NCBI GenBank assembly: GCA_026770705.1
Contig: JANJGN010000016.1
Span: 86,862,001-86,926,000, forward strand
Origin: Isurus oxyrinchus
Lineage: Eukaryota
Direction: 5' to 3'
Length of the DNA: 64,000 nucleotides
In this document: in pieces, positions 1 to 15,000 of the stretch
Layout of the letters: each line of letters opens with the position of its first letter
How positions within the stretch are numbered: position 1 is the first letter of the stretch
The notes under the pieces: model-generated
The model's input: the letters and a program-made list of their open reading frames with translations, nothing else
The model's database searches: none
Told to the model about the DNA's origin: nothing
Program-made: the position numbers and the translations under genes

Positions 1-3000
1 GTGGGTAATACCAGAGGTGGGAGTGTGGGTGATGCCGGTGGTGGAGGTTGGGTGATGCCGTGGGTGGGGGTTGGCTGATGCTGGGAGTGGGGTGGTGGGT
101 GATGCCGCGGGTGGGGGTTGGCTGATGCTGGGGGTGGAGGTGAGGGACACATGGGTGGGGGGTTGGTTGATGCTGGGGTTGAGGGACTCGGTAATGATGG
201 AGGTGGGGGTGTGGGTGATGCCGGGGGTGGGGGAGTGGGTGGTGCCGGGAGTGAAGGGGTCGTGATACCGGGGTAGGGAGTGTGGGTGTTGCCATGGGTG
301 GGGGAGTGGTTGCTGCTGGGGTTACGGTGGTGGTGATGCCGGGTGTAGCATGATGGGTGATGCCAGGGGTGGTTGTGGTGGGTGATGCCGGGGGTGGGGG
401 CACGGATGTTGCCGTGGGTGGGGTGCCAGGTGGTGTCGAGAGTGGGTAATGCCTGGGGTGGGTGTTGCCAGGGTTGGGGACTGTGTGGTGCTGGGTGTGG
501 GTGGGGGGTGGTTGATTCCGGAGACGGGTGTATGGATGGTGGTGCAGGTGGGGGGGTGGTGTGGATGATGCCGGGTGTATGGAGGTGGGTGCTGCCGGGG
601 ATGGTGTGGTAAGTGATGCCATGGGTGGGGTGTGGGCGTTGCAGGGGATAGGGGCGAGTGCGTGATGCCGTGGGTGGGGGGGTGTGGGTGATGCCGGGGG
701 TGGAGGAGGTTGTTGATGCCGGGGGAGGGGCAATAGGTGATGTCGGGGGTGTTGTGGAGGGTGATGCCAGGCGTCAGGGGGTGTGTGATGCCAGGATTGT
801 GGGCGTGAGTGATGCCTGGGGTAGGGGTTGGGCGATGCCGAGGGTGGGGGTTGGTTGATGCCTAGGATGGGGGCCTAGGTGATGCCGGGTGTGGGGGAGT
901 GTGAAATGCCAGAGGTGGGGGTGTGGGTGATGCCGGGGCTGGGGGCCTGTATTATGCCAGGGGTGCGGAAGTGGGTAATACCAGAGCTGGGGGTGTGGGT
1001 GATGCCGGTGGTGGTGGTTGGGTGACGCCACGCGTGGGGTTTGGCTGATGCCGGGGGTGGGGGTGAGTGACCCATGGGTGAGGGGTTGGGTGAAACTGGG
1101 GGTGAGGGAGTGGGTAATGCCGGAGGTGAGGGGCTGGGAGATACCGGGGATGGGGGAGTGGGTGATGCTGGGCATGTGGGGATGGTGATGCCGGGGTAGG
1201 GGTTGTGGGTGATGCCAGGAGTTGGATTGGGGTTTGTGGGTGATGCCGGGGGTGGTGGTGTGGGTGATGCCAGCAGTGGGTGGTGCCATTGTTGGCAGTT
1301 TGGGTGTTGCTGGGAGTGGGGTTGGTGGGTGATGGCGGGTTAGTGGGATGGGTGATGCCCGGAGTGGGGTGTATGGGTGATACCACTGTTGGCAGCGTAG
1401 GTGTTGCTGGGGGTGAGGTGGGAGGTGATACCGGGAGTGGGGGTGCTGGGTGATGCCGTGGTTGGGCAAGTGGGTGATGCTGGGGGTGGGGGAATAGGTG
1501 AAGTTGGGTGTGGGGGGGGTTGGCTGGTGCCGGTGGTGAGGGGGTGGGTGATGCCGGGAGTTAGAGGGAGTGTGATGTCTGGGGTAGGGGGAGGGTAATG
1601 CTGGGGCTGGGTGATGGCAGGGTTGGTGGAGTGGTTGTTGTTGGCAGTAAGGGGGTGGGTGATGCTGGAGGTGGGGGTGGGGGTGGTAGGTGATGCTGGG
1701 TGTGGGTGTTGCTGGCGGTGAGGGTGTGGGTGATGCTAGGGGTGATGCCGGGGGTGGGTGTTGGCACGGTTGGAGGGGTGGGTGATTCTGGGGGTGGGGG
1801 TGGGGGGGGTGGATGATGCCGGGTGTGGGAGACGTGTGATGCTGGGGAGGTGGTTTGTTGCGTGAAGCCGCGGTTGGGGGTAGTTCGTGTTGCCGGGGGT
1901 GATGGGTGTGTGTGATGCCGGGTGTGGGTGATGACGGGGCTTGGGGGGGTTGGTGATGCCGGGGGTGGTGGGGTGGCTGATGCCCGGAGTGGGGGCAGTG
2001 GGTGATGCCAGTGTTGGGGTTGGGATGGTGAGTAATGTCATTGGTGGGGGCATGGGTGATGCAGGGGGTGAGGGGGAGTGTGATGCCGGGGGCAGGGGTG
2101 TGGGTGATGGCGGTGGTCGGGGTATGGGAGATGGAGGGGTTGGGGCGGTGGCTGATGCCAGGGTTTTGTGGGGTGGCTGATGCCGAGAGTGAGGTTGTGG
2201 GTGATGCCGGAGTTAGGGGTTGGGTGATGCCATGGGTTGGGGGGTGGGTGTTGCAGGGGGTGGGGGGGTGGGTGGGTGATGCCATGGGTGGGGGCGTGGG
2301 TGATGCTGGGGATGGGGGGGTGGGTGATGCCGGTGGTAGCATGATGGTTGATGCCGGAGTTGAGGGGGTGGGTGATGCCGGGGGGTGGAGTGCGTTGGTG
2401 ATGCCGGTAGTGGGGGAGTGGGTGTTGCCGGGGATGGGGTGTGTGTGATGCCAGGTGTGACGTGATGGGTGTTGCCGGGGTTGAGGGGGTGGGTGATGCC
2501 GGGGGTGGAGGTGTTGAGTGATGCCGGGGGTGGGGTATAGTTGATATCAGGGGTTGGTGGGGGTTGTTGCCGGGGCTGAGGGGGTGGGTTATGCCGGGGT
2601 GATGGGCGTGGCTGATGCCTGGGGTAGGGGAGCGGGTGATGCCGGTGTTGGGATAGTGGGTGATGCTGGGGATGGGGGAATAGATGATGCCAGGGGTGGG
2701 GGCGTGGGTGATGCAGGGGGTGAGGGGATGTGTGATGCCGGGGTTGTGGGCATGGGTGACGCCTGGGGTAGGGGGTGAATGATGCCGGGTTTCGGGGTTG
2801 GTTGGTGCCTGGGATGGGGGCCTGGGTGATGCCGGGTGTGGGGGTGTGAGTAATGCCAGAGGTGGGATTGTGGGTGATGCCGGTGGTGGGGGTTGGGTGA
2901 TGCCGCGGGTGGGGATTGACTGATGTCAGGGGTGGGATGAGGGACCCATGGGTGGGGGTTTGAGTGATGCTGGGAGTCAGGGATTGGGTGATGCCGTGGT

Positions 3001-6000
3001 TAGGGGCGTGAGTGATGCCATGGGTGGGAGGGTGGGTGATGCTGGGGATGGGAGGGTGGGTGATGCCGGGGTTGAGGGAGTGGGTGATGCCGAGGGTGGA
3101 GGGAGTTGGTGATGCCGGGGATGGGGGAGTGGCTGATGCCTGGGGTGGACGAGTGTTTGATGCCAGGTGTGGGAACGTGGGTGATGCCGGTGGTGGGGGG
3201 TGTGGTTGATGCCGGGGGTGATGTGATTGGTGATGCTGGGGTTGAGGTGGTGGGTGATGCCGGAGGTGGAGGGGTTGGGTGATGCCAGGGCTGGGGGAAT
3301 AGATGATGTCGGGCGTGGGGGGGTTTGGTGGTACCAGGGGTGAGGGGCTGTGTGATGCCGGGGTTGGAGATGTGTGTGATGCCGGGGGCTGGGGATGTAG
3401 GTAATGCCAGGGTTGGGGGGTGGGTGATGCCGGGGTTGGGGTGGGGGTTGTGGGTGATGCCGGGAGTGGTGGGGTGGGTTAGCCAGGAGTGGGGTGGATT
3501 TTGATGCCAATGTTGGGGGTGTGGGTGTTGCTGGGGGTGAGGGGGTGTGTGATGCCGGGGTTGGGAGTGATAGGTGATGCCAGGTGTACGGGAGTTGGTG
3601 ATGCCGGTTAGATTGGGTGTTTGGTGAAGCCAGGGCTGAGGAGGTGTGTGATGCTGGGGGTGGGTGGGTTGGGGGGGTTGGTGATGCCAGTGCTGGGGGG
3701 GTGGTGATGCTGGGGGTGGGGGGAGTGGTGATGCTGGTTATGGGGCGGTGGGTGGTGCTGGGGTGATGGGCGTGGGTGACTACTGGGGTAGGGGGTGGGT
3801 GATGCTGGGTGCCGGGGGGTGGTTTATGCCTGGGATGGGGGCCTGGGTGATGCCGGGGGTCAGGGAGTGGGTAATGCCAGATTTGGGGCTGAGGGTGATG
3901 CGGGTGCTGGGGGTTGGGTGATCCCGGGGGTGGGGTTTGGCTGATGCCTGGGGTCGGGTGGTGGGTGATGCCGCGGGTGGGGCTTGGCTGATGCCGGGGT
4001 TGGGGGATGAGGGACCCATGGATGGGAGCATGGGTGATGTTGGCGGTGAGGGAGTGGGTAATGCCGGAGGTGAAGGAGGGGTTGAAGCCGGGCGTGAGGG
4101 GCTGGTGCTGCAGGGATAGGTGGTGTGGGTGATGCCAAGAGTGGGGATGGGAGTTGTGGGTGATGCCGGGGGTGGTGGTGTGGGTGATGCCAGGAGTGGT
4201 TGATGCCAATGTTGGCGGTGTGGGTGTTACTGGGGGAGGGCACGGTGGGTGATGCCGGGGTGGTGGTGTGGGTAATGCCCAGTGTAGGGGCTGTGGATGA
4301 TGCCAGAGTTGGGGGTGTGGGCATTGCTGGGGGTGAGGGGAAAGGTGATGCCGGGGTTGGGAAGCTGGTTGATGCCGGGGGTGTGGTTGAGGGTGATGCC
4401 GGTTGTTTGTGGTGGTGGGTGATGCCTGGGTTGGGGGTTGGGTGATGCTGGGGGTGGGGGGGTTGGTTATGTTGGGGGTGGGAGCATGGGTGATGCCGTG
4501 TCTGGATGGGGGTGGGTAATGCCGGTGGTGGGGTGGGGTGGGAGGCGCAGGGGGTGGGGTGGTGGCTGATGCCAGGGGTGAGGGGGTGGGTGATGCTGGA
4601 GTTAGGGGGGTGGTTGATGGCTGGGATGGGAGCCTGGGTTATGCCGGGGGTGGGGGAATGGGTATTGACAGATCTGGGCGTGTGGGTGTTGCCGGTGGTG
4701 GTGGTTGGGTGATGCCGGGGGTGGGGGTTGGCTGATGCCAGGGGTGGGGTAGTGGGTGACGCCGCGCGTGGGGTTTGGCTGATGCCGGGAGTGGGGGTGA
4801 GGGACCCATGGGTATGGGGGTTGGGTGACACTGAGGATGAGGGAGTGGGTAATGCCGCATGTGGGGGGCTGGGAGATGCCAGGGGTGGGGGAGAGGATGA
4901 TGCCGGGCGTGTGGGGGTGGTGATGCCGGGCTAGGGATTGTGGGTGATGCTGGGAGTTGGGGTGGGGATGGTGGGTGATGCCAGGGGTGGTGATGCTAGT
5001 GTTGGCGGTGTGGGTGTTGCTGGGGGTGGTGGGGTGGGTGATACCCGGAGTGGGGGATGTGGGTGATGCCAGGGTTGGGGATGTGGATAATGCCAGGGGT
5101 GGGGGAATCGGTGATGTTGGGTGTGGGGGGGTTGTCTGGTGCCGGGGGTGAGGGGGTGGGTGATGCCTGGGGTAGGGGATGGGTGATGCGGGGGGTGGGA
5201 TGGTGGTCCATGCCGAGGTTGGGGGAATAAGTGATGCCAGGTTTGTGGGCGTGGGTGACGCCTGAGGTAGGGGGTGGGTGATGCCAGTGGTTGGGTGGGT
5301 GGTTGATGCCTGGGATGGGGGCCTGGGTGATGCTGGGGGTCAGGGAGTGAGTAATGCCAAAGGTGGGGGTGTTGGTGATGCTGGTGCTGGGTGTTGGGTG
5401 ATACTGCACGTGGCGGTTGGCTGATGCTGGGGGTGGGGGATGAGGGCCCATGGGTGGGGGGGTTGGTGGATGCTGGGTGTGAGGGAGTGGGTAATGCCGG
5501 AGGTGGTGGTTCTGGGTGATGCCGGGGGTGGGGGAGTGGGTGATGCCGGGGTAGGGGGTAGTGGGTGATGCCATGAGTGGGGGTGGGGGTTGTGGGTGAT
5601 GCCGGGGGTGGTTGATGCCAGTGTTGGTTGTGTGGGTGTTGCTGGGGGTGAGGGGGCAGGTGATACCAGGGTTAGGGGTGGGGGTGATGCCGGTGGTTCG
5701 TGGGGTGGGTGTTGCCGTTGTTGGGGACGTGGAAGATGCCGGGTGTGGGGGTTGGTTGATGCCGGGGCTGGGGTGTGGGTGATGCTGGGGGTGTGGGTGA
5801 GTGTGATGCCTGGGGTAGGGGGGTGGGTGATGCCAGGGTTGTGGGTTGGGTGATTCCAGGTGTGGGAAGGTGGGTGATGCCGTGGGTGGGGGGGTGGGTG
5901 ATGCTGGGGGTGGAGGAATAGGTGATGTCGGGGGGCGGGGGTTTGGTGGTGCCGTGGGTGAGGGGGTGGATGATGCCTGGGGTAGGGGAGTGTTTGATGC

Positions 6001-9000
6001 TGGGGTTGGAATGGTGGGTGATGCCGGGGTGGGGGAATAGGTAATGCTGGGGGTGGGGGGGGGGGTGGGTGATGCCAGTGGTGAGAGGGTGTGTGATGCC
6101 GGGGTTGTGGGAGTGGGTGACGCCTGGGGTAGTGGGTGGGTGATGCCGGGGGTGGGGGATGGTTGATGCCTGGGATGGGGGCCTGGGTGATGCCGGGGGT
6201 GCGGAAGTGGGAACTGCCAGAGGTGGGAGTGTTGATGATGCCGGTGGTGGGGGTTGGGTGATGCCACGGGTGGGTATTGGCTGATACTGGGGGAGGGGGT
6301 GAGGGACCCATGGTTGGGGTTGGGTGATGCTGGGGGTGAAGGAGTGGGTAATGCCGGATGTGGGGGTTTGGGTGAAGTCAGTGTTGGCGGAGTGGGTGAT
6401 GCCGGGCGTGAAGTGGTGGTGATGCCGGTGTAGGGGGTGTGTGTGATGCTGGGAGTGGTGGTGGCAGTTTTGGGTGTTGCCGGGGGTGGTGGGGTGGGTG
6501 ATGCTGGGAGTGGATGATGCCAGTGTTGGCGGTGTGGGTTTTGATGGGGATGGGGTTGGTGGGAGTTGCCATGGGTTAGGGGGTGTGTAATGCCGGGGAT
6601 GGGTGATGCCAGGGGTGGGGGCTGTGTGATGCTGGGTGTGGGGTTGGTTGATGCCGGAGATGGGCGGGTGGATGATGGTGGGGGTGAGGTGGGGTGGATG
6701 ATTCCGGGGGGCGGTAGGGGGTGGGTAATGCCGGGGCAGGGTGATAGCAGAGTTGGTGGTGTCGGCGTTGCTGGCGGTGAGGGGGTGGGTGATGCTGGGT
6801 GTGGGTGGGGGGGTGTGGTGATGCCAGGGGTGAGGGGGGTGGTGATATCGGGGGTGAGAGGGTGGGTGATGCCGAGGGTGGGTGGGGTTGATGCTGGGGG
6901 TGAGGGTGTGGGTGATGCCGGGGAGGTGGGGTGTTGGGTGAAGCCAGGGGTTGGGAGTTGTGTGATGCCGGGGGTGGGTGATGCTGGGTGTGGGGCAATG
7001 GCGAGTGTGGAGGGGTGGGTGATGCCGGCGGTGGGGGATGTGGGTGATGCTGGGGGTGGGGGGAGTGGTGGTGATGCCAGGGGTGAGGGGGTGGTGATAT
7101 CGGGGGTGAGAGGGTGGGTGATGCCAAGGGTGGGTGAGGTTGATGCTGGGGGTGAAGGAGTGGGTAATGCCGGATGTGGGGGTTTGGGTGAAGTCAGTGT
7201 TGGCGGAATGGGTGATGCCGGTCGTGAAGTGGTGGTGATGCCGGTGTAGGGGGTGTGTGTGATGCTGGGAGTGGTGGTGGCGGTTTTGGGTGTTGCCGGG
7301 GGTGGTGGGGTGGGTGATGCTGGGAGTGGATGATGCCAGTGTTGGCGGTGTGGGTTTTGATGGGGATGGGGTTGGTGGGAGTTGCCATGGGTTAGGGGGT
7401 GTGTAATGCCGGGGATGGGTGATGCCAGGGATGGGCAGGTGGATGATGGCGGGGGTGGGGTGGGGTGGATGATTCCGGGGGGCGGTAGGGGGTGGGTAAT
7501 GCCGGGGCAGGGTGATGGCAGGGTTGGTGGTGTCGGCGTTGCTGGCGGTGAGGGGGTGGGTGATGCTGGGCGTGGGTGGGGGTGGGGGTGGTGATGACAG
7601 GGGTGAGGGGGTGGTGATATTTGGGGTGGAGGTGGTGGGTGTTGCCTGGGGTGAGGGGGTGGGTGATGCTGGGGGTGGCTGATGCCGGGGGTTGGGGGTG
7701 TTGGTGAGGCCAGAGTTTGTAGGGTGAGTGATGCCGGGGGTGGGGGGAGTGGTGATGCTGGGTATGGGGGGGTGGGTAATGCCGGTGGTGAGGGGGTGGG
7801 TGATGCCGGGGGTTGGGGGGGTTAGTGATTCAGGGGGTGGGGCGATGATTCATGCCATGGATGGGGGAGTGGGTGATTCCGTTGGTGGTGGGGGCAGGTG
7901 ATGCCGGAGTTGGGGGGGGGTGGTGGTATCATGGGTGAGATGGTGGATGATGCCGTGGGTGGGGGGGTTGATGCCTGGGGTTGGAGTGGGGCGCTGATGC
8001 CGAGGATGATTGGGTGGGTGATGCCTGGTATGGGGGGTTGGTAATGTCGGGGGTGGGTGATGGCAGGATTGGGGGGGCTGGGTGATGCTGGGGGTGGGGG
8101 GTGGGGTGGATGACGCCGGAAGTGAGGGGTGGGTGGTGACAGTGGTTGGGATGTTGGGTGAAGCCAGGGGTGAGGGCTTGTGTGATGCCGGGGGTGGTGG
8201 TAGTTGGTGTTGCCAGGGGTGGGGGTGTGGACGATGCTGGGTTTGAGTGATGCCGGGGATTGGGGGGGTTGGTGATGCCGGGGGTGGGGCGATGAGTCAT
8301 GCCTGTTCGTGGGGAGTTGGTGATGCCTGGGGTGGAGGGGTGGGTGATGCTGGGGGTGGGGGATGCCGGGGGTTGGGGGGCGTTGGTGAATTTGGGTATG
8401 GGGGGTGGATAATGCCGGTCGTGAGGGGATGGATGATGCGGGGGTTTGGGGGAGTTAGTGATTCCGGGGCTGGGGCGATGGTTCATGCCATGGGTGGGGG
8501 TTGGGTGCTTCCGGCGGTGGGGGGGCGGTGCGGGTGATGCTGGAGTTGGGGGGGGGTGGTGATGTCGATGGTGATGGGATGGGTGATGCCAAGTATGGGG
8601 GGGTGGGTAATGTCGGGGGTGGGTGATGGCAGGGTTGGGGGGGATGTGTGATGCTAGGGGTGTGGATGGGGTGGATGACGCCTGGAGTGGGGGGTGGGTG
8701 ATGCCGGGGGTTGGGATGTTGGGTGAAGCCAGGGTTGACGGGGTGTGTGATGCCGGGGGTGGTGGTAGTTGCTGTTGCCGGGGGTGGGGGTGTGGGTGAT
8801 GCCGGGGGTGGGTGATGCCGGGGATTGAGGAGTTTGGTGATGCCGGGGGTGGGGCGATGGGTCATGACTGTGCGTGGGGGAGGGTTGGTGATGCCGGCGG
8901 TGGGGGGGTTGGGTGATGCCGCGGATGGGGGTTTGGTGATGCCTGGGGTGAGGAGGTGGGTGATGCCGGGGTGGTAGGGTGGGTGATTCCGGGAGTGAGA

Positions 9001-12000
9001 GGGTGGGTGATGCCGGGCTGGAGGTTTGACTGATGCCAGGGTTGAGGGTGTGGGTGATGCCGGGGGTGGGGTTGTGGGTGGTGCTAGGGCTGGGGATTGT
9101 GTGATGCCGGGGGGTGGGGTGGGTATTGTGGGTGATGCCGGTGGTGGTGGGGTGAGTGATGCCGGGGTTGGGGGGGTGGGTGATGCCGGGGTTGGGGGTG
9201 GGTGTTGTGGGTGATGCCGGTGGTGGTGGGGTGAGTGATGCCAGGGTTGGGGGGGGTGGGTGATGCCGGGTTTGGGTGTGGTGATTGTTGCCATGGGTTA
9301 GGGGGTGTGTAATGCTGGGGGTGGGTGATTCCAGGGTTGGGAGTTGGGTGATGCCTGGTGTAAGTGGTTGGTTGATGCCGGGAATTGGGGGGGGCGGGGT
9401 GCATGGTAGCGGTTTGGTGGGGGTGTGGTGCCGGAGATGCGGCCGTGGGGCATTCCAGGTGTAGCATGATGGGTGATGCCGGAGGAAGGGGGCTGTGTGA
9501 TGCCGGGTGTGGGGTTGGTTGATGCCGGAGATGAGCGGGTGGATGTTGGCGGGTGTGGGGTGGGGTGGATGATTCCAGGGAGTAATGCCGGGTCAGGGTG
9601 ATGGCAGGGTTGGTGGTGTCGGTGTTGCTGGTGGTGAAGGGTTGGGTGATGCTCGTTGTGCGGGTGGTGAGTGATGCTGGGAGTGGGTGTTGGCAGGGTT
9701 GGAGGGGCGGTTGATGATGGGTTTGGGTGGGGGGGGTGGATGACACGGGGAGTGGGAGGGTGTGTGTTGCTGGGGAGGTGGGGTGTTGGGTGAAGCCAGG
9801 GGTTGGGGGGTGTGTGATGCCGGGGGTGGCTGATGCCGGTAACTGGAGGGTTTGTTGATGCCGGGGGTTGGTGATGCCGGGGGTGGGGCGATGGGTAATG
9901 GTGAGGGTGGAGGGGTGGGTGATGCTGGCGGTGGGGGACGTGGGTGATGCCGAGGGTGGGAGGGGAGGTAATGGCAGGGGTGAGGGTGGTAGGGTGGGTG
10001 ATTCCGGGAGTGAGAGAGTGGGTGATGCCGCGCTGGAGGTTTGAGTGATGCCGGGGTTGAGGGTGTGGGTGATGCCGGGGGTGGGGTTGTGGGTGGTGCT
10101 AGGGGTGGGGATGTGGTGATGCCGGGGGTGGGGGTGGGTTTTGTGGGTGATGCCAGGGGTGAGGGGGTGGGTGATGCCGGGGTTGGTGGTGTGGGTGATG
10201 CCGGGGATGGGGGCAGATGGTGATGCCTGGGATGGTGGTGTGGGTGATGCCGGGGGTGGGGGGTTTGGTGATGCCGGGGTTGGGGGTGGGGTTTTTGGGT
10301 GATGCCGGAGGTGGTGGGGTGGCTGTGTGATGCCGGGGTTGGGGGCTGGTTGGGTGATGCCGGGGTTGGTGGTGTGGGTGATGCCGGGGGTGGGGGTGTT
10401 GTTGATGCTGAGGTTGAGGGTGGGGGGTTGCGGGTGATTCCGAGGGTGTTGGGGTGGGTGATGCCGGGCGTGGGGGGTTGGGTGATTCCAATGTTGGGGT
10501 TGTGGGTGTTGCTGGGGGTGAGTGGGTATGTGATGCCTGGGGTAGGGGGGTTGTGTGAGGCCGGGGGTGTGTGATGCCACGGTTGAGTGGTGGGTGATGC
10601 GGGGGTGGGGGAGTGAGTGATGCCGCTGGTGTGTTTGGTGAAGCCAGGGGTGAGGAGATGTGTGATATTTGGGGTGGAGGTGGTGGGTGTTGCCTGTGGT
10701 GGGGGGGTGGGTGATGCTGGGCGTGGCTGATGCCGGGGGTTGGGGGTGTTGGTGATGCCAGAGTTTGTAGGGTGAGTGATGCCGGGGGTGGGGGGAGTGG
10801 TGATGCTGGGTATGGGGGGAGTGGGTAATGCCGGTGGTGAGGGGGTGGGTGATGCCGGGTGTTGGGGGGTTAGTGATTCAGGGGGTGGGGCGACGATTCA
10901 TGCCATGGATGGGGGAGTGAGTGATTCCGTTGGTGGTGGGGGCAGGTGATGCCGGAGTTGGGAGGGGTGGTGGTATCATGGGTGAGATGGTGGATGATGC
11001 CGTGGGTGGGGGGGTTGATGCCTGGGGTTGGAGTGGGGCGTTGATGCCGAGGATGATTGGGTGGGTGATCCTGGTATGGGGGGTTGGGTAATGTCGGGGG
11101 TGGGTGATGGCAGGATTGGGGGGGCTGGGTGATGCTGGGGGTGGGGGTGGGGTGGATGACGCCGGAAGTGAGGGGTGGGTGGTGACAGTGGTTGGGATGT
11201 TGGGTGAAGCCAGGGGTGAGGGCTTGTGTGATGCCGGGGGTGGTGGTAGTTGGTGTTGCCAGGGGTGGGGGTGTGGACGATGCTGGGTTTGAGTGATGCC
11301 GGGGATTGGGGGGGTTGGTGATGCCGGGGGTGGGGCGATGAGTCATGCCTGTTCGTGGGGAGTTGGTGATGCCTGCGGTGGGAGAGTTGGATGATGCCAG
11401 CGGTTGGGGGGGGGGGGGGGTCGTGGTGTCGGGGGTGAGAGGTTGGGTGATGCCGGGGGTGAGGTATTCGGTGATGCCATGGGTGGTAGGGTGCGTGATT
11501 CTGGGAGTGAGAGGGTGGATGATGCCGGGCTGAAGGTTTGAGTGATGCCGGGGTTGAAGGTGTGGGTGATGCCGGGGTTGGGGTTGTGGCTGGTGCTGGG
11601 GGTGTGGATGTTGTGATGCCTGGGTTGGGGATGGGTGTTGTGGGTGATGCCGGGGTTGGAGGGGTGGGTGATGCCAGGGTTGGGGGTGGGGTTTGTGGGT
11701 GATGCCGGGCATGGGGAGTGGGTGATGCTAATTTTGGGGGTGTAGTTCTTGCTGGGAGTGAGGGGGTGTGTGATGCCAGTGTTGGGGGTAGTTGGTGTTG
11801 CCTGGGGTGGAGGTGTGAGTGATGCCGGGGGTGAATGGTGCCAGGGATTGTTGGGGTTGGTGATGCCGGGGGTGGGGCGATGGGTCATGCCGGGGTTGGG
11901 GGAGTAGGTGATGTCAGCAGTGGGGGGCGGTGATGCTGGGGGTAAAGGGTTGTCTGATACCGGGGGTGAGGGTGTGGGTGATGCCGGGGGTTGGAATGGG

Positions 12001-15000
12001 GAGGTGATGTCGGAGTTGAGGTTGTGGGTGATGCCAGGGGTATGGGGGGGGGAGGGTATTGTCGGGGGTGAGGCGTTGGGTGCTACCGGGGGTGAAGTGG
12101 TGGGTGATGCCGGGAGTGGTGGTGTGTGTGATGCCGGGGTGAGGGTGTGGGTGATGCCGGGGGTGGGGGCGTGGGTGATGCTGGGGGAGGATGTGTGGGT
12201 GATGCTGGGTTTGGGTGGGTGAGTGATGCCGGGCTGCGGGTGGGGGTTGTGGGTGATGCCGGGGGTGTTGGGGTGGGTGATGCCTGGAGTTGGGGGGTGG
12301 GTGATGCCAATATTGGGGGTATAGTTGTTGCTGGGAGTGAGGGGTGGGTGTTGCCGGGGTTCGGGGTGATAGGTGATGTCGGGGGTAGGGGTGCTGGGGG
12401 ATGCCAGGGGTCGGCGATGCCACGGTTGGGGGTTGGGTGATGCTGGGGATGGGGGGTGGGTGATGCTGGGAGTGGGGGAGTTGGTGATGCCGGTGGGGTG
12501 GTGTGTTTGGTGATGCCAGGCATGAGAAGGTGTGTGATGTTGGGCATGGGTGTGGTGGATGTTGCCTGGGGTGAGGGGGTGGGTGGTGCCATGTTTGGAT
12601 GGGTGGTTGATGTCAGGGATTGGGGGGGCGGTTGGGTGATGCCAAGGTTGAGGGGTTGGGTGATGCCGGAGGTAGGGGGTGGGTAATGCCAGGGCAGGGT
12701 GATGGCAGGGTTGGTGGTGTCGGTGTTGCTGGCTGTGAGGGGGTGGGTGATGCTGGGTGTGGGGATGGTGGGTGATGCCGGGGGTGGGTGTTGGCAGGGT
12801 TGGAGGGGTGGGTGATGATGGGTGTGGGTGGGGTAGGGTGGATGACGCCGGGAGTAGGGGGGCGTGTGATGCCGGGGACGTGGGGTGTTGTGTGAAGCCA
12901 GGGATTGGGGGTATGTGTGATGCCGGGGGTGGGTGATGCCGGTGCCTGGAGGGTTTGGTGATGCTGGAAGATGGTGATGCAAGGGGTGGGGCGATGGGTA
13001 ATGGCGAGGGTGGAGGGGTGGTTGATGCCGGCGGTGGTGTGTGTGGGTGATGCCGGGGGTGGGGGGGTGGTGATGTCGGGGGTGAGAGGGTGGGTGATGC
13101 CGAGGGTGGGCTGATGCCGGGGGTGAGGGTGTGGTTGATGCCGGGGTTGTTGGTGTGGGTGATACCGGGAGGTGGGGGGGTTGGTGATGCCGGAGTTGGT
13201 GGTGTGGGTGATGCCGGGGTTGGGGGTGGTTGTGTGATACCGGGGTTGGTGGTGTGGGTGATGCCATGGGTGGGGTGTTTTGGTGATGCCGGGGTTGGGG
13301 GTAGGGCTTGTGAATGATGCCGGGGGTGGTGGGGTGGGTGATGCCAGGAGTGGGGCGTCGGGTGATTCCAATGTTGGGGCTGTGGGTGTGGCTGGGGTGA
13401 GGTGGTGTGTGATGCCGGGGGTGGGGGTGATAGTTGATGCCAGGAGTAGGGGGTTTGTGTGTTGCCAGGGGTGGGTGATGCCACGGTTGAGGGTTGGATG
13501 ATGCTGGGGATGGGGGTGTGGTGGGTGATGAGGGAGTGGGGGAGTGAGTGATGCCGCGGGTGGAGGGTGTGGGTGATGCCGGGGGTGGGGGGGTGGTGAT
13601 GTCGGGGGTGAGAGGGTGGGTGATGCCGAGGGTGGGCTGATGCCGGGGGTGAGGGTGTGGTTGATGCCGGGGCTGTTGGTGTGTGTGATGCCGGGAGGTG
13701 GGGGGGTTGGTGATGCCGGAGAAGGTGGTGTGGGTGATGCCGGGGTTGGGGGTGGTTGTGTGATACCGGGGTTGGTGGTGTGGGTGATGCCGGGGGTGGG
13801 GTGTTTTGGTGATGCCGGGGTTGGGGGTAGGGCTTGTGAGTGATGCCGGGGGTGGTGGGGTGGGTGATGCCAGGAGTGGGGCGTTGGATGATTCCAATGT
13901 TGGGGCTGTGGGTGTGGCTGGGGTGAGGTGGTGTGTGATGCCGGGGGTGGGGGTGATAGTTGATGCCAGGGGTAGGGGGTTTGTGTGTTGCCAGGGGTGG
14001 GTGATGCCACGGTTGAGGGTTGGATGATGCTGGGGATGGGGGTGTGGTGGGTGATGCGGGAGTGGGGGAGTGAGTGATGCCGGGGGTGGAGGTTGGGGTG
14101 TGGGTGATGCCGGGGTTGGGGGTTGGGGTGTGGGCGATGCCAGGAATTGGGGGAGTGAATCATGCCGGGTGTTGTGGGGTGGTTGATGCCAGGGATGGGG
14201 GGTGGGAGGGGTGGGTGATGCCAGGGTGGGGGGTGGGGGGTGGGCGATGCCGGGGGTGGGTGATGCCATGGGTTGGTGGGTTTGTGATGCCGGGGATGCG
14301 GGGTGGGTTGATGCCGGGGGTAGCGTGATGGCTGATGCTATGGTTGAGCGGGTGTGTGAAGCCGGGGTTGGACGGGGTGAGTGATGCCAGGGTTGGGGGA
14401 GTGTTTAATGCCGGGGTTGGAGGGGGTTGTTGATGCCGGGTGTGTGGAGGTGGGTGATGCCGGTGCTGGGGGAGTGGGTGATGGCAGGGGTCGGGGGGCT
14501 GGATGATGCCGGGGCTGAGGGGCTGTGTGATACCGGGGGTGGGGTGGTGGGCATTGCTGGGGGTGGGAGAGGTGGGTGATGCCATGGGCTGGCCGGTGGT
14601 TGATGCCAGGGATGCGGGGGTGTTTGATGCCGGGGGTAGCGTGATGGGTGATGTCGGAGTTGAGTGCCTGAGTGATGAGAGGGTTGGAGGAGTGTTTAAT
14701 GCCGGGGGTGGAGGGAGTTGGTGATGCCGGGGTGGGATGGTGGGTGATGTCGGGGGCGAGGGGGTGGTTGATGCCTGGGATGGGGGCCTGGGTGATGCCG
14801 GGGGTGGGGAAGTGGGTAATGCCAGATGTGGGGGCGCGGATGATGCCATGGGTGGGGGGCCAGGTGATGCCGGGCTGTGGGGGTTAGGGACCTAGGAGTG
14901 CTGGTTTGGGTGATGCTGGGGGTTGTGGGAGTGGCTAATGCCGGAGCTGGGGGGGCCGGGTGGTGCCAGGGTGGGGGAGTGGGTGATGCCGGGGTAGGGG